From: Archangiaceae bacterium
Lineage (GTDB): Bacteria; Myxococcota; Myxococcia; Myxococcales; Myxococcaceae
Length of the DNA stretch: 15,583 nucleotides
Reading direction: 5' to 3'
NCBI GenBank assembly: GCA_043750125.1
Contig: JAYVCD010000375.1
Coordinates: 1 to 15,583, forward strand
The notes beneath the pieces were generated by a model. The model searched no databases, was not told the origin of the DNA, and was given only the letters and a program-made list of their open reading frames with translations. Position 1 is the first letter of the stretch. Each line of letters opens with the position of its first letter. Made by a program: the position numbers and the translations under genes. Positions 7,485-15,583 of the stretch are shown one piece after another.

Positions 7485-10400
7485 ATGTCCCCACCCCTCG
7501 CCAGCCGAATCGCCTCGCTCTCTCCTGAGAAGCGCGCCCTGCTCGAAGCGCGGCTGGCGCAGCGCGGGCTGGACGCGGCTGCGGCGCCTGAGGCGATTGC
7601 TCGCCGGACTGCCGCGGCGCCCCCTCCGTTGTCTTTCGCTCAGCAGCGCATGTGGCTGCATGATCAGCTCGACCCGGGAAGTGCCGTCTACAACGAGGCC
7701 AACCTGATTCGCCTTACCGGCGCGCTCAACGCCTCGGCGCTCGAGAGCGCATTGAATTCGGTGGTCGCGAGGCACGAGGTGCTGCGAACCACCTATGCCC
7801 CGGCAGGAGCCGACGGCCTCCCGGTTCAAGTCATCGCCCTTGCGTTGAAGCTCACGCTGACCCGAGAAGATCTTTCCGGCCTGGCGGACCCCGAGCGCGC
7901 CGCCTCCTTGCGAGCGATGGCGACCGCAGAGGTAGGGCAGGGCTTCGACCTGCGCCGGGGCCCGCTGTTGCGCACCCGGCTGGTCCGGTTGTCCGACCTC
8001 GAGCACGCGCTGCTGGTCACCCTGCACCACTCGGTCAGCGACGGCTGGAGCTGGGGCGTGCTGCTCAGCGAGCTCTCGCACTTCTATCGCGCCGCCGACG
8101 AGGGGAGCACCGCAGCGCTGCCTCCGCTTCCGATTCAGTACTCCGACTACGCGGCCTGGCAGCGCGAGGCGCTGGAAGGCAAGGCGCTGCAGAAGCTGGT
8201 CAGCTATTGGCGCGGTCGTCTCGCCGACGCTCCAGCCTTGCTCGAGCTGCCGACCGATCACCCCCGGCCTGCGGTTCAGACTTTTCGTGGAGCCCGCCGT
8301 GGCTTCGAGCTTCCGCCCGAGTTGGCGCAAGCCGTGTTCTCAGTCAGCCAGTCCGAAGGAGTCACTCCCTTCATGCTGCTGCTCGCAGCCTTCGAAGTGC
8401 TGCTGCATCGCTCGTCGGGGCAGAGCGACCTCGTGGTGGGAACGCCGATCGACGTCCGATCCCGCCCCGAGCTCGAAGGGCTGATCGGCTGCTTCATCAA
8501 CACCGTCGTGGTGCGCAACCAGGTCGAAGGCCAACACACCTTCCGCGAGTTGCTCGCAAAGGTCCGCGAGGCGGCGCTCGGGGCCTATGCCCACGCCGAG
8601 CTGCCCTTCGATGCGCTGGTCGAGAAGCTGCAACCCGCCCGAAACCTGAGCCACTCGCCGATCTTCCAGGTGTTGTTCGGGCTCCAGCCGGTGCCTCCTT
8701 CGGCGACGCTGGGCAAGTTGAGCGTCCGGGCCGAAGAGATGGGCAATCCGACCTCTCGCCTCGATCTGTCCATCGCGATGATCGAGCAAGGAAAGCGTCT
8801 GCTCGGCAGCCTCGAGTACAGCACCGACCTGTTCGCCGCCGAGACGATCGACCGAATGCTCGGCCACTTTCAGAGCCTGCTCGCCGCGGCCGTCGCGGAT
8901 CCCACCCGGGCGATCGGCGATCTTCCGATGTTGACCGCTTCTGAGCTGACGACTTTGCAGCGCTGGAGCCAGCCGGCCACGACACCGACCCTCGCCCTCG
9001 GCGCCACGGTGATCGAAGCCTTTCAGGCGCAGGTCGAGCGTTCACCCCACGCCATCGCCCTGCGCTGCGAGGACCAGTCGATCACCTACCGCGAGCTCAA
9101 CGCCCGAGCCAACCAGCTCGGCCACTTTCTGCGCGCGCACGGGATTGGCCCCGAGGACAAGGTCGGCCTCTGCGTCGAGCGGTCGATCGCCCAAATCGTC
9201 GCGATGATCGGGATCAACAAGGCGGGCGGGGCGTATGTGCCGCTCGACCCTTCGCTTCCGAAAGACCGGCTGCGCGTGCTGATCGACGATTGCGCGCCGA
9301 AGCTGATCCTCAGCGAGCATCCGCTCGAAACCGGTTCCAGCCCCCGAACCTTCCTTCTCGATTCGCAAAGCACGCCGCTTGCGGATCAACCGACCGCCAA
9401 CCTGACTCCGCCGAACCCAGAGCACCTGGCCTACCTCATCTACACCTCCGGCACGTCAGGCACCCCGAAGGCGGTGATGGTCGAACACCGACAGCTGATC
9501 TGCACGCTGCGAGGCGCGCAGGCGAAGTTCGGGTTCGACGCGAGCGTGGTGATGCCGGGCAAAGCGTCCTTCGCCTTCGACATGTTTCTCAGCGAGCTGT
9601 GGGACCCGCTGCTGTGCGGCGGCACGACAGTCTTGATCCCACGCGAACGGCTGCTCGACCTGCCGCGACTGGCCGTGGATCTCGAGCAGATGACCGCGAC
9701 GCACCTGGTCCCGAGCATGGCGCTCGAGCTGATTTCAGCGATCCGCCATCGCGGGGGCCCCGACGCGACGCTGCCGAACATTCGCTGGGTCTTCACCGGC
9801 GGAGATCAGGTTCCTCCGGCGCTGCTCACCGAGCTGCAGGCGGTCTTTCCTTCCGCCCGAATCTTCGTCCTCTACGGCCCGACCGAGGGGACGATCATCT
9901 GCTCGTGCTTCGAAGTCCTTCGGGGGACGACGACGCGCGGCCACCTGCTCGGCACCTCGCTGCCTGGCGCCCGGCTGCGGATCACCGACGCGCGCGGAAA
10001 CCTGTGCCCCATCGGAGTCCCCGGAGAGCTGCAGTTGGGCGGGGCGGGCGTCACCCGGGGCTACCTGCACCAGGCGGCGCTGACGGCCGAGAAGTACCTG
10101 CAGACCGACGACGGCCGGTGGTACCGCACCGGAGATCTCGCGCGCTGGCGGCCGGACGGGAACATCGAATTCCTCGGCCGCATCGACTCGCAGGTGAAGA
10201 TCCGCGGCTTTCGGATCGAGCTGGGCGAGATCGAAGCGACGCTGCAAAGATCCACCGAGGTCGCCGATGCCGCGGTGGTCGCGCACCGAGATGGCACTGG
10301 CGACACTCGGCTGATCGCGTACGTCGTACCCTCAGGTGCCCCCGGCCCCGAGTGGGTGGGCCGGCTTCGCGCGCTGCTCGCCGAACAGCTGCCGGCGTAC

Positions 10401-10871
10401 ATGATCCCTTCTTCGTTCCTCGTGCTCGAGGCGCTGCCCTTGACGCCGAATGGGAAGGTCAACCGGCGCGCTCTTCCGGTGCCGACAGCCGAGCGACCCG
10501 AGCTCGAGCGGCCCTACCTGCCGGCTCGAAACGCGATCGAAGAGGTCCTGGCCGGAATCTGGGCGGGCGTGCTCGGCCTGCCCAAAGTCGGAATGGAGGA
10601 CAGCTTCTTCGACCTCGGTGGGCACTCGCTGCTCGCCACCCAGGTCGTCTCTCGGGTGCAGGACGCCTTCCGCGTCGAAGTTCCGCTGCGCGCGCTGCTC
10701 GAGCGCCCGACCATCGCCAGCCTCGCCGCGGCGCTGATCTCTCGGGAAGTCAGGCCGGGGCAGACGCTGGCGGTCGCGGCCCTTCAACTCAAAGTGCAGG
10801 GCCTGAGCCCCGAGCAGCTCGAGGAGCTCCTCGCGCAGAAGCGTCGGGCCAGGCTCAACCGCGGGTCATGA
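7485..10871 (+). CDS. Single-module non-ribosomal peptide synthetase (C-A-PCP), no TE
   Basis: Start re-assigned to ATG 7485 (AGGAG at 7474), giving 1128 aa. C domain: 'LSFAQQRMW', 'RHEVLRT', 'HHSVSDGWS', 'IQYSDYAAWQR'. A domain: 'YTSGTSGTPK', 'YGPTE', 'YRTGD', 'GRIDSQVKIRGFRIELGEIE', 'PNGK'. PCP: 'FFDLGGHSLL' (Ser codon 10626-10628). Confidence 0.95.
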   Translation: MSPPLASRIASLSPEKRALLEARLAQRGLDAAAAPEAIARRTAAAPPPLSFAQQRMWLHDQLDPGSAVYNEANLIRLTGALNASALESALNSVVARHEVLRTTYAPAGADGLPVQVIALALKLTLTREDLSGLADPERAASLRAMATAEVGQGFDLRRGPLLRTRLVRLSDLEHALLVTLHHSVSDGWSWGVLLSELSHFYRAADEGSTAALPPLPIQYSDYAAWQREALEGKALQKLVSYWRGRLADAPALLELPTDHPRPAVQTFRGARRGFELPPELAQAVFSVSQSEGVTPFMLLLAAFEVLLHRSSGQSDLVVGTPIDVRSRPELEGLIGCFINTVVVRNQVEGQHTFRELLAKVREAALGAYAHAELPFDALVEKLQPARNLSHSPIFQVLFGLQPVPPSATLGKLSVRAEEMGNPTSRLDLSIAMIEQGKRLLGSLEYSTDLFAAETIDRMLGHFQSLLAAAVADPTRAIGDLPMLTASELTTLQRWSQPATTPTLALGATVIEAFQAQVERSPHAIALRCEDQSITYRELNARANQLGHFLRAHGIGPEDKVGLCVERSIAQIVAMIGINKAGGAYVPLDPSLPKDRLRVLIDDCAPKLILSEHPLETGSSPRTFLLDSQSTPLADQPTANLTPPNPEHLAYLIYTSGTSGTPKAVMVEHRQLICTLRGAQAKFGFDASVVMPGKASFAFDMFLSELWDPLLCGGTTVLIPRERLLDLPRLAVDLEQMTATHLVPSMALELISAIRHRGGPDATLPNIRWVFTGGDQVPPALLTELQAVFPSARIFVLYGPTEGTIICSCFEVLRGTTTRGHLLGTSLPGARLRITDARGNLCPIGVPGELQLGGAGVTRGYLHQAALTAEKYLQTDDGRWYRTGDLARWRPDGNIEFLGRIDSQVKIRGFRIELGEIEATLQRSTEVADAAVVAHRDGTGDTRLIAYVVPSGAPGPEWVGRLRALLAEQLPAYMIPSSFLVLEALPLTPNGKVNRRALPVPTAERPELERPYLPARNAIEEVLAGIWAGVLGLPKVGMEDSFFDLGGHSLLATQVVSRVQDAFRVEVPLRALLERPTIASLAAALISREVRPGQTLAVAALQLKVQGLSPEQLEELLAQKRRARLNRGS

Positions 10872-13385
10872 ACCCCAGGTGTACGAGAGCTTCAACATCG
10901 CGGTGTCGGTCGCCGGCGCGGCAGTCAGCCCGACCGGCAACACCGTAGTCGGGGCCGTGGCTCCGGGGGCAAGGGCCGGCTCGAGCTGCGATCGGGTGTA
11001 GATCGCGTAGAGCGTCGAGCCCGGCGCAAACTCCCAGCGCAGCACCACGTTCACGTTCAAGCTCGAAGTGTGAAAGCCCTCGGCCGGAGCGGCGACCTGG
11101 ACCAGGTCGAAGGCAAGAATCGACGACCCGCGGGGGCTCGCATCGAAAAAGCGCTGGTTCTGCTCGCTCAGGCTGAACAGCTGCAAATAGCCCTGCAGCG
11201 TCAGTCGGGGAGTGAGCACCAGCAGCTGCCTCAGCGCCAGCGAGACGAACCGCGCGTCGAGATCTCCGAAGCGGTAGCGATCCTTATCCATCTGGTCGAA
11301 GTACCTCGGTCCCGAGGGGTTGATTTCCCCGTCCAGCGTCAGCCGGGTCTCGACCCGCGGGTGCCAGCGCACCGTGGTCGCGAGCTCTCCTGCGTAGCCG
11401 TCGCGGGCCGGAGTGGGACCCTGGGCCAGATGCCAGCTCTTCTCGACGTAGCCACTGACCGAGAACGCGCGGCTGGGATCCGTGTCGACGACGCAGCCGA
11501 AGGCCACCGTGGGATGTCGCTCGAAAGGAATTCCGGTGCTTCCCACTTCGCGGACGTCGAGCTGGGTGCTCAGGCCCGACGCGAAGCATCCGATCCGGTG
11601 GTAGCCGGGCAGCACCACCGAGACGTCCGTTGAGACTCCGTTGTTGAGGTTCAGGTACCGCCCATCGGTCGTCCAGCTCGATTGCGCCCCGACCCGCCAG
11701 GTGAAGTCGAGCAGCGGCCCCAGCCCATTGGGTCGCACCAGGTACAGATTGGTCGACGCGTGCATCAGGTTCTGCGTCGCCATGTAACCCGTCTTGTTGA
11801 GCTCGAGGTTCGGGCTCGCGTAGTCGACGTTGATGTTGAAGCGGAAGGGCTCGCCTCCCATCTTCGCGATCCGCAAATAGCCGCCGTAGCCGAAGTCGTC
11901 GGGGCGCAGCAGCGTTCCGTCTTTGAGCAAAGTCGCGTTGGGCCCGCCGGTGGGGACCGCCGTCGTCAGTTGGGTATAGAAGCCCCAGGCTCCGCTCTTG
12001 CTGCGCATTTCGAGATCTCCGGCCACCGCATGGCTGGCCGCCTCGCAGCCCTTCGCCCTGGGGTCGCGACACAGATCCACCAACGGCACCATCGACGCGT
12101 AGGTCAGGCCGGCCGAGCCTGACTCGGTCTTGTACCGCAGCGTGCTCGCCAGGTAGTTGCGAGGGCCCTGCGGCGAGGCGGGCAGCTCGTCGGTCAGGCC
12201 CAGGTGCAGCGGCCGTTCGGCGTTGTAGGCCAGCCTTCGCTCGAAGCTGCCGGCTACCGAAGGAGGCGCCTGGGCCACCACTGCGTCGAGCACGCTCACC
12301 TGGATGCTCTCGGTCGGAGTGCTCGTCACCTTCAGCGCCGCGAGAATCGGAGCGTCGAGTCCGATCCGTCGCGAGTAGAACAGCGTCTGAACCGAACGGC
12401 CCTCAGAGGCGCCCACCGGCAGAAATTGCTCGAGTCCCTCGGTGAAGAACGGCCGCTTCTCGGGATAGAAAGGCTCGAACGAGCTCAGGTTGAAGAGAAT
12501 CTGATCGCTCTCGACCTGGCCGAAATCGGGGTTGATGGTGAGGTTCAGCTTCAAGCCGAGTCTTCCCGGCAGCGCCGCCTTCAAGTCCAGCCCCAGATCT
12601 GCCGAAGGGTGAATGACCCGCGCGGTGGGATCATCGAGCCCGGGCGCGAACTCCGTTCGGCCGGCGAGATAGGGCGTCACCTCGACCGAAGCCGACGGCC
12701 GCGCCTCGACGATCAGGTGCCCGAACCGCGAGACCAGGGCGTTGGCCTCGCGCGCGATGAAGACCGTGCTCAGCTGTTCGTGGGTGCGGGTCAGATCTCT
12801 GCGCACCTCGAAGCCCCAGGTTTGAATTGGAACGTCGGGGAAGTTGAGCACCCGCAGAGGGATCACCAGCTCGGCCGTCCAACCCTCCGAGTCGATCGAA
12901 GTCGCCGCGTCCCAGATCGCGTCCCAGTCGGTCGTCTGCTGGGTGTCATCGAAGATCAGCCCGTCTTTGATTCCGCCCGCCGCGTTCACTGCAAAGAAGG
13001 CCGCGTTGCGATGGTTGTGCATCGCGTCGATCGAGACCGTCACCGTGTCCGAGCTCGGCAGGCTGTCGCGGCGGCCGAGGCTGGCGACGATCTGCTCTGG
13101 CTTGGAATCGAAACAGCGCACCCCGATGTAGAGGTTTCGTCCATCGGTCAGCACCCGCAGCTCGGTGCGCTCGGACGGAGCCGCTCCATCGCCGGGGTAG
13201 ACCTGCGCAAAGCTCGAGAAGGGAACCGCCGCCTGCCACGCCGGCTCGTCGAGGCGGCCGTCGATTGAAATCGGACCCTCTGCGTGCGCGGCAACAATCC
13301 GTTGGTCGACGCCCGGCCCTTCCTTCGCGGCCTCGGCGACGAACGGAAGACACAACAATGAAACCAACACCAGAGCTCGCATCAT
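10866..13385 (-). CDS. CBM9-like (carbohydrate-binding family 9) plus DUF5916 outer-membrane protein
   Basis: 839 aa with a Sec signal. N-terminal 'IDGRLDEPAWQAA' and 'WTAELVIPLRVL' are CBM9-like. 'TINPDFGQVESD', 'EKRPFFTEG' and 'LFYSRRIG' are DUF5916-type. The C-terminal 'MLKLSYTW' resembles a beta-barrel terminal strand. The start directly follows the upstream TAA (TAAATGATG). Confidence 0.85.
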   Translation of the reverse strand: MMRALVLVSLLCLPFVAEAAKEGPGVDQRIVAAHAEGPISIDGRLDEPAWQAAVPFSSFAQVYPGDGAAPSERTELRVLTDGRNLYIGVRCFDSKPEQIVASLGRRDSLPSSDTVTVSIDAMHNHRNAAFFAVNAAGGIKDGLIFDDTQQTTDWDAIWDAATSIDSEGWTAELVIPLRVLNFPDVPIQTWGFEVRRDLTRTHEQLSTVFIAREANALVSRFGHLIVEARPSASVEVTPYLAGRTEFAPGLDDPTARVIHPSADLGLDLKAALPGRLGLKLNLTINPDFGQVESDQILFNLSSFEPFYPEKRPFFTEGLEQFLPVGASEGRSVQTLFYSRRIGLDAPILAALKVTSTPTESIQVSVLDAVVAQAPPSVAGSFERRLAYNAERPLHLGLTDELPASPQGPRNYLASTLRYKTESGSAGLTYASMVPLVDLCRDPRAKGCEAASHAVAGDLEMRSKSGAWGFYTQLTTAVPTGGPNATLLKDGTLLRPDDFGYGGYLRIAKMGGEPFRFNINVDYASPNLELNKTGYMATQNLMHASTNLYLVRPNGLGPLLDFTWRVGAQSSWTTDGRYLNLNNGVSTDVSVVLPGYHRIGCFASGLSTQLDVREVGSTGIPFERHPTVAFGCVVDTDPSRAFSVSGYVEKSWHLAQGPTPARDGYAGELATTVRWHPRVETRLTLDGEINPSGPRYFDQMDKDRYRFGDLDARFVSLALRQLLVLTPRLTLQGYLQLFSLSEQNQRFFDASPRGSSILAFDLVQVAAPAEGFHTSSLNVNVVLRWEFAPGSTLYAIYTRSQLEPALAPGATAPTTVLPVGLTAAPATDTAMLKLSYTWGS

Positions 13386-14663
13386 TTAACTCAGGAGGAA
13401 GTCGAGCCGCCGGCCCAGGTAGCCCAGCGACCCGGTGTCTTCGATGCCCAGCCAGTGCAGCACCGTGGCTCCCAGATCATCGATCGTCGGTTTGATCGCT
13501 GATCGCGCCGAAGCTCCCGCCCGACCGGTCTGAATTCCAATCGCCGTGCCCAGCATCTGCGCATCGGTCTGCCCGTACTGGCCCGCGCGCAGGCCGGGGC
13601 CGATCAAGATCGCCGGGAACTCGGGCAGGTGATCCTTTCCTTCGAACTCGTTGAGGAACGGGAAGCGCCCCAGCTCACTGGAAATGACGATCGCCAGCTG
13701 ATCGCTCAGGGGAATTCCATCTGGAGTCCGCATCCGTTTGATCTCTTCGAGCAGGTACACCAGGCCCGCGCTGGCGGCGTCCATCGCCTCTTCCTGCCGT
13801 TGAAGGTTGAAGTAGTGGGTGTCGAAATTTCCCGGCACCTGCACGAAGACCGCGGGCGCCAACTGGTGCGAGAGGACGAACAGCGCGTCGCGCAGAATCG
13901 CCGCCAGCGCGGTGGCTGCCTTCCGCCGGCTCGGGGTCTCGACCTTCAGCACCAACTCGGTAGGGCGGGGCAGGGGCTCCTTCGGCATCGCGACCAACAG
14001 TCGGTGCGCCACGTCCAAAGGCATGCACTCCGGGCCGACTCCGCAGGCGCGCAGCTCGGCCTCGAGCGCCTGCGAGACCCGACCGCGTTGAAGCTCCGAG
14101 CCGGCCAGCGCCACCAGCCGGGGCAGCAACCCGTCAGCAGGGTCCGGAACGCCACCCGAGACGACCAGCAACGACCGACCTCCGGGCCGTTGGTCGCCGT
14201 CGTTGAAGCGGACTTCGGCCAGCGGCGCGTTCTGGCCCAGCAGCGCTCCCACCGTTCCCGTCAGCCCCACCGCGTTTGCCGGATACACCCGCCGAAGCTG
14301 TTGCAGGTGGCGGCCCCCGGTGCGGTGGGCGACCGTCGAGCAGTCCACTGCGTTGAGGATCGAAAGGCTCGGCAGGTGCGCCGCCAGCCCGTGCAGCAGG
14401 GGCCCGACCGACACGCCTCCCGCGGTCAAGATCGCGCTCTCGTCGTAGGGAAGATCGACCTTCGGGTCGACCTGCGAGCGCCGCTTGGGGTCCGTCGAGA
14501 GAATCGCATCCAGCCCGCCCGGCAGGTGCAGCTGCAGCAGCATCCGCGGTCGGCGCTTCGTCTCGCCGGTCGCCGCGCGCGCGAGGGTTGGAAAGAGCGC
14601 CGTCGAGGCTCCCAGCCTCGCCGCGTCTGCAAGCCACTGCCGCCTCGTCGTCACGAAGCTCAT
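13386..14663 (-). CDS. DUF1501 family protein with Tat signal
   Basis: Start re-assigned to ATG 14663 (ATGA overlap with the upstream gene), giving 425 aa. N-terminus 'TTRRQWLADAARLG...TLARA' is Tat-like. Motifs 'LHLPGGLDAILSTDPK', 'FDTH', 'SELGRFP', 'GKDHLP' and 'DDLGATVLHWLG' are typical of DUF1501. Confidence 0.85.
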   Translation of the reverse strand: MSFVTTRRQWLADAARLGASTALFPTLARAATGETKRRPRMLLQLHLPGGLDAILSTDPKRRSQVDPKVDLPYDESAILTAGGVSVGPLLHGLAAHLPSLSILNAVDCSTVAHRTGGRHLQQLRRVYPANAVGLTGTVGALLGQNAPLAEVRFNDGDQRPGGRSLLVVSGGVPDPADGLLPRLVALAGSELQRGRVSQALEAELRACGVGPECMPLDVAHRLLVAMPKEPLPRPTELVLKVETPSRRKAATALAAILRDALFVLSHQLAPAVFVQVPGNFDTHYFNLQRQEEAMDAASAGLVYLLEEIKRMRTPDGIPLSDQLAIVISSELGRFPFLNEFEGKDHLPEFPAILIGPGLRAGQYGQTDAQMLGTAIGIQTGRAGASARSAIKPTIDDLGATVLHWLGIEDTGSLGYLGRRLDFLLS

Positions 14664-15250
14664 CGCTTCGGCACCTTGATCAACAGCGGGTCGAGCAGCG
14701 CCCGAACACACCGGTTCGTCTCGTCGGCGACCGGACAGCGCTCGGCCGCCAGCAGCGCGGTGAGAATCACCAGGGTCGGGTCTTCCTGAACCACCCGGTC
14801 GCTGCGCACGGTGTGAATCAACAACAGCCCCGTGGCCACCGACTGCTCGGCCGTCGCCTTGTCGGTCGGAATGATCTTGTTCACCGCCCGCAGAAACTCG
14901 GCAGGGTCGCGCACGTAGTCGGTCTGCCACTGCCCCTCGAGCGCGCTGCGGCACACTTCCGGGTTCGCTGCCCCCAGCTCGCACAGCTCGGCCACCAGCG
15001 CCCGACGATCTTCGGCGGTCATCGTCTCGGGCGCTTCCGGCATTCTTCCCGCCGACACCATCAGCGCGGCTTCCATCGCGCGGGCCGGCCGACGCGCGGC
15101 TTCGCCGATCTCATGACAAGCGGTGCAGTGGGTCTCGAGCATCGCCGCCAGCTGAGGCCTGGCCTCCGAATGGACCTCGCCCACCGGGCGACTGTGCTCG
15201 CAGGCGAGCAAGACCGACGACAGGGCGAGGCAAAGCCACCCGCGCTTCAT
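14660..15250 (-). CDS. Putative c-type heme lipoprotein
   Basis: 196 aa with lipobox 'VLLAC' after a basic/hydrophobic leader, a single CTACH heme motif and a downstream 'GRMP' candidate Met ligand. Four additional Cys lie in the C-half. ATGA overlaps at both ends. Confidence 0.7.
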   Translation of the reverse strand: MKRGWLCLALSSVLLACEHSRPVGEVHSEARPQLAAMLETHCTACHEIGEAARRPARAMEAALMVSAGRMPEAPETMTAEDRRALVAELCELGAANPEVCRSALEGQWQTDYVRDPAEFLRAVNKIIPTDKATAEQSVATGLLLIHTVRSDRVVQEDPTLVILTALLAAERCPVADETNRCVRALLDPLLIKVPKR

Positions 15251-15582
15251 CGCTTTGCCTCTGAAGCGGGGCTCTGCGACTCGATTCCGACGTAGCGGGC
15301 CACCACCGCGTCTTCGATCGCGGCGGCGAGATCTTCATCGCGGGCAAAGCGCGAGAGCAGTTGCTGATGCAGCTGCGGGGGCACGGCAAACCCGCGGTAG
15401 ATCAGCTCCTCTACTTTTCGGGTCATGCAGGAAATGAACTCCGGCTGGCGCGCGACGGTCTGGCCCACCCACAGCGGAGTCGACGGCCCCTCGGCCCGCG
15501 CATCCGTGGCGTCTCGAACGTAAAACTTCGCTGTCCCCGCGAAGGTCCATTCGGCGACATGTCGAAAGCCGTTGGTGGCCGG
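15247..15582 (-). CDS. 5'-truncated CDS (C-terminus only); hypothetical, DUF1585-like partner of DUF1501 operons
   Basis: The frame is open from the window edge (PATNGFRHVAEWTFAGTAKFYVR...WVGQTVARQPEFISCMTRKVEELIYRG...). The 'PEF..C...K......G' tail resembles C-termini of the large proteins that precede DUF1501 genes. Its stop overlaps the next ATG. Confidence 0.6.
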   Translation of the reverse strand, partial: PATNGFRHVAEWTFAGTAKFYVRDATDARAEGPSTPLWVGQTVARQPEFISCMTRKVEELIYRGFAVPPQLHQQLLSRFARDEDLAAAIEDAVVARYVGIESQSPASEAKR

Positions 15583-15583
15583 G

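Noticed and set aside
9290..10948. 552-aa alternative-frame ORF inside the NRPS, and similar Arg/Pro/Ala-rich ORFs across the window
   Set aside because: Composition is typical of off-frame GC-rich translation, with no domains, and the ORFs overlap confidently assigned genes.
14664..14984. 107-aa N-terminal extension of the DUF1501 ORF in the track
   Set aside because: It overlaps the heme lipoprotein gene. ATG 14663 gives an ATGA overlap and places the Tat motif at the N-terminus.
1..15583. tRNA, rRNA, CRISPR arrays, tandem repeats, intrinsic terminators
   Set aside because: None were seen. The window is almost entirely coding, with only one intergenic gap larger than 20 bp.

Overview
GC-rich bacterial DNA, densely coding, with a gene content suggestive of Myxococcota or a similar lineage (inference). 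Four blocks are present. (1) A + strand, translationally coupled tail of an NRPS operon: partial terminal thioester-reductase (R) domain, MFS exporter and penicillin-acylase-family Ntn hydrolase. (2) A - strand flavocytochrome module: Tat-signal PchX-like protein, VAO/PCMH-family flavoprotein and PchC-like monoheme cytochrome c. It is preceded by a JmjC/cupin_8 oxygenase gene that breaks out of frame near 6822-6826. (3) A stand-alone + strand C-A-PCP NRPS module with apparent docking helices and no TE. (4) A - strand, tightly coupled extracytoplasmic operon: partial unknown (DUF1585-like) gene, CXXCH lipoprotein, Tat-exported DUF1501 protein and a CBM9-like/DUF5916 outer-membrane protein. No RNA genes, mobile elements or CRISPR arrays were seen. 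All family calls come from recognising motifs by eye, not from database searches.
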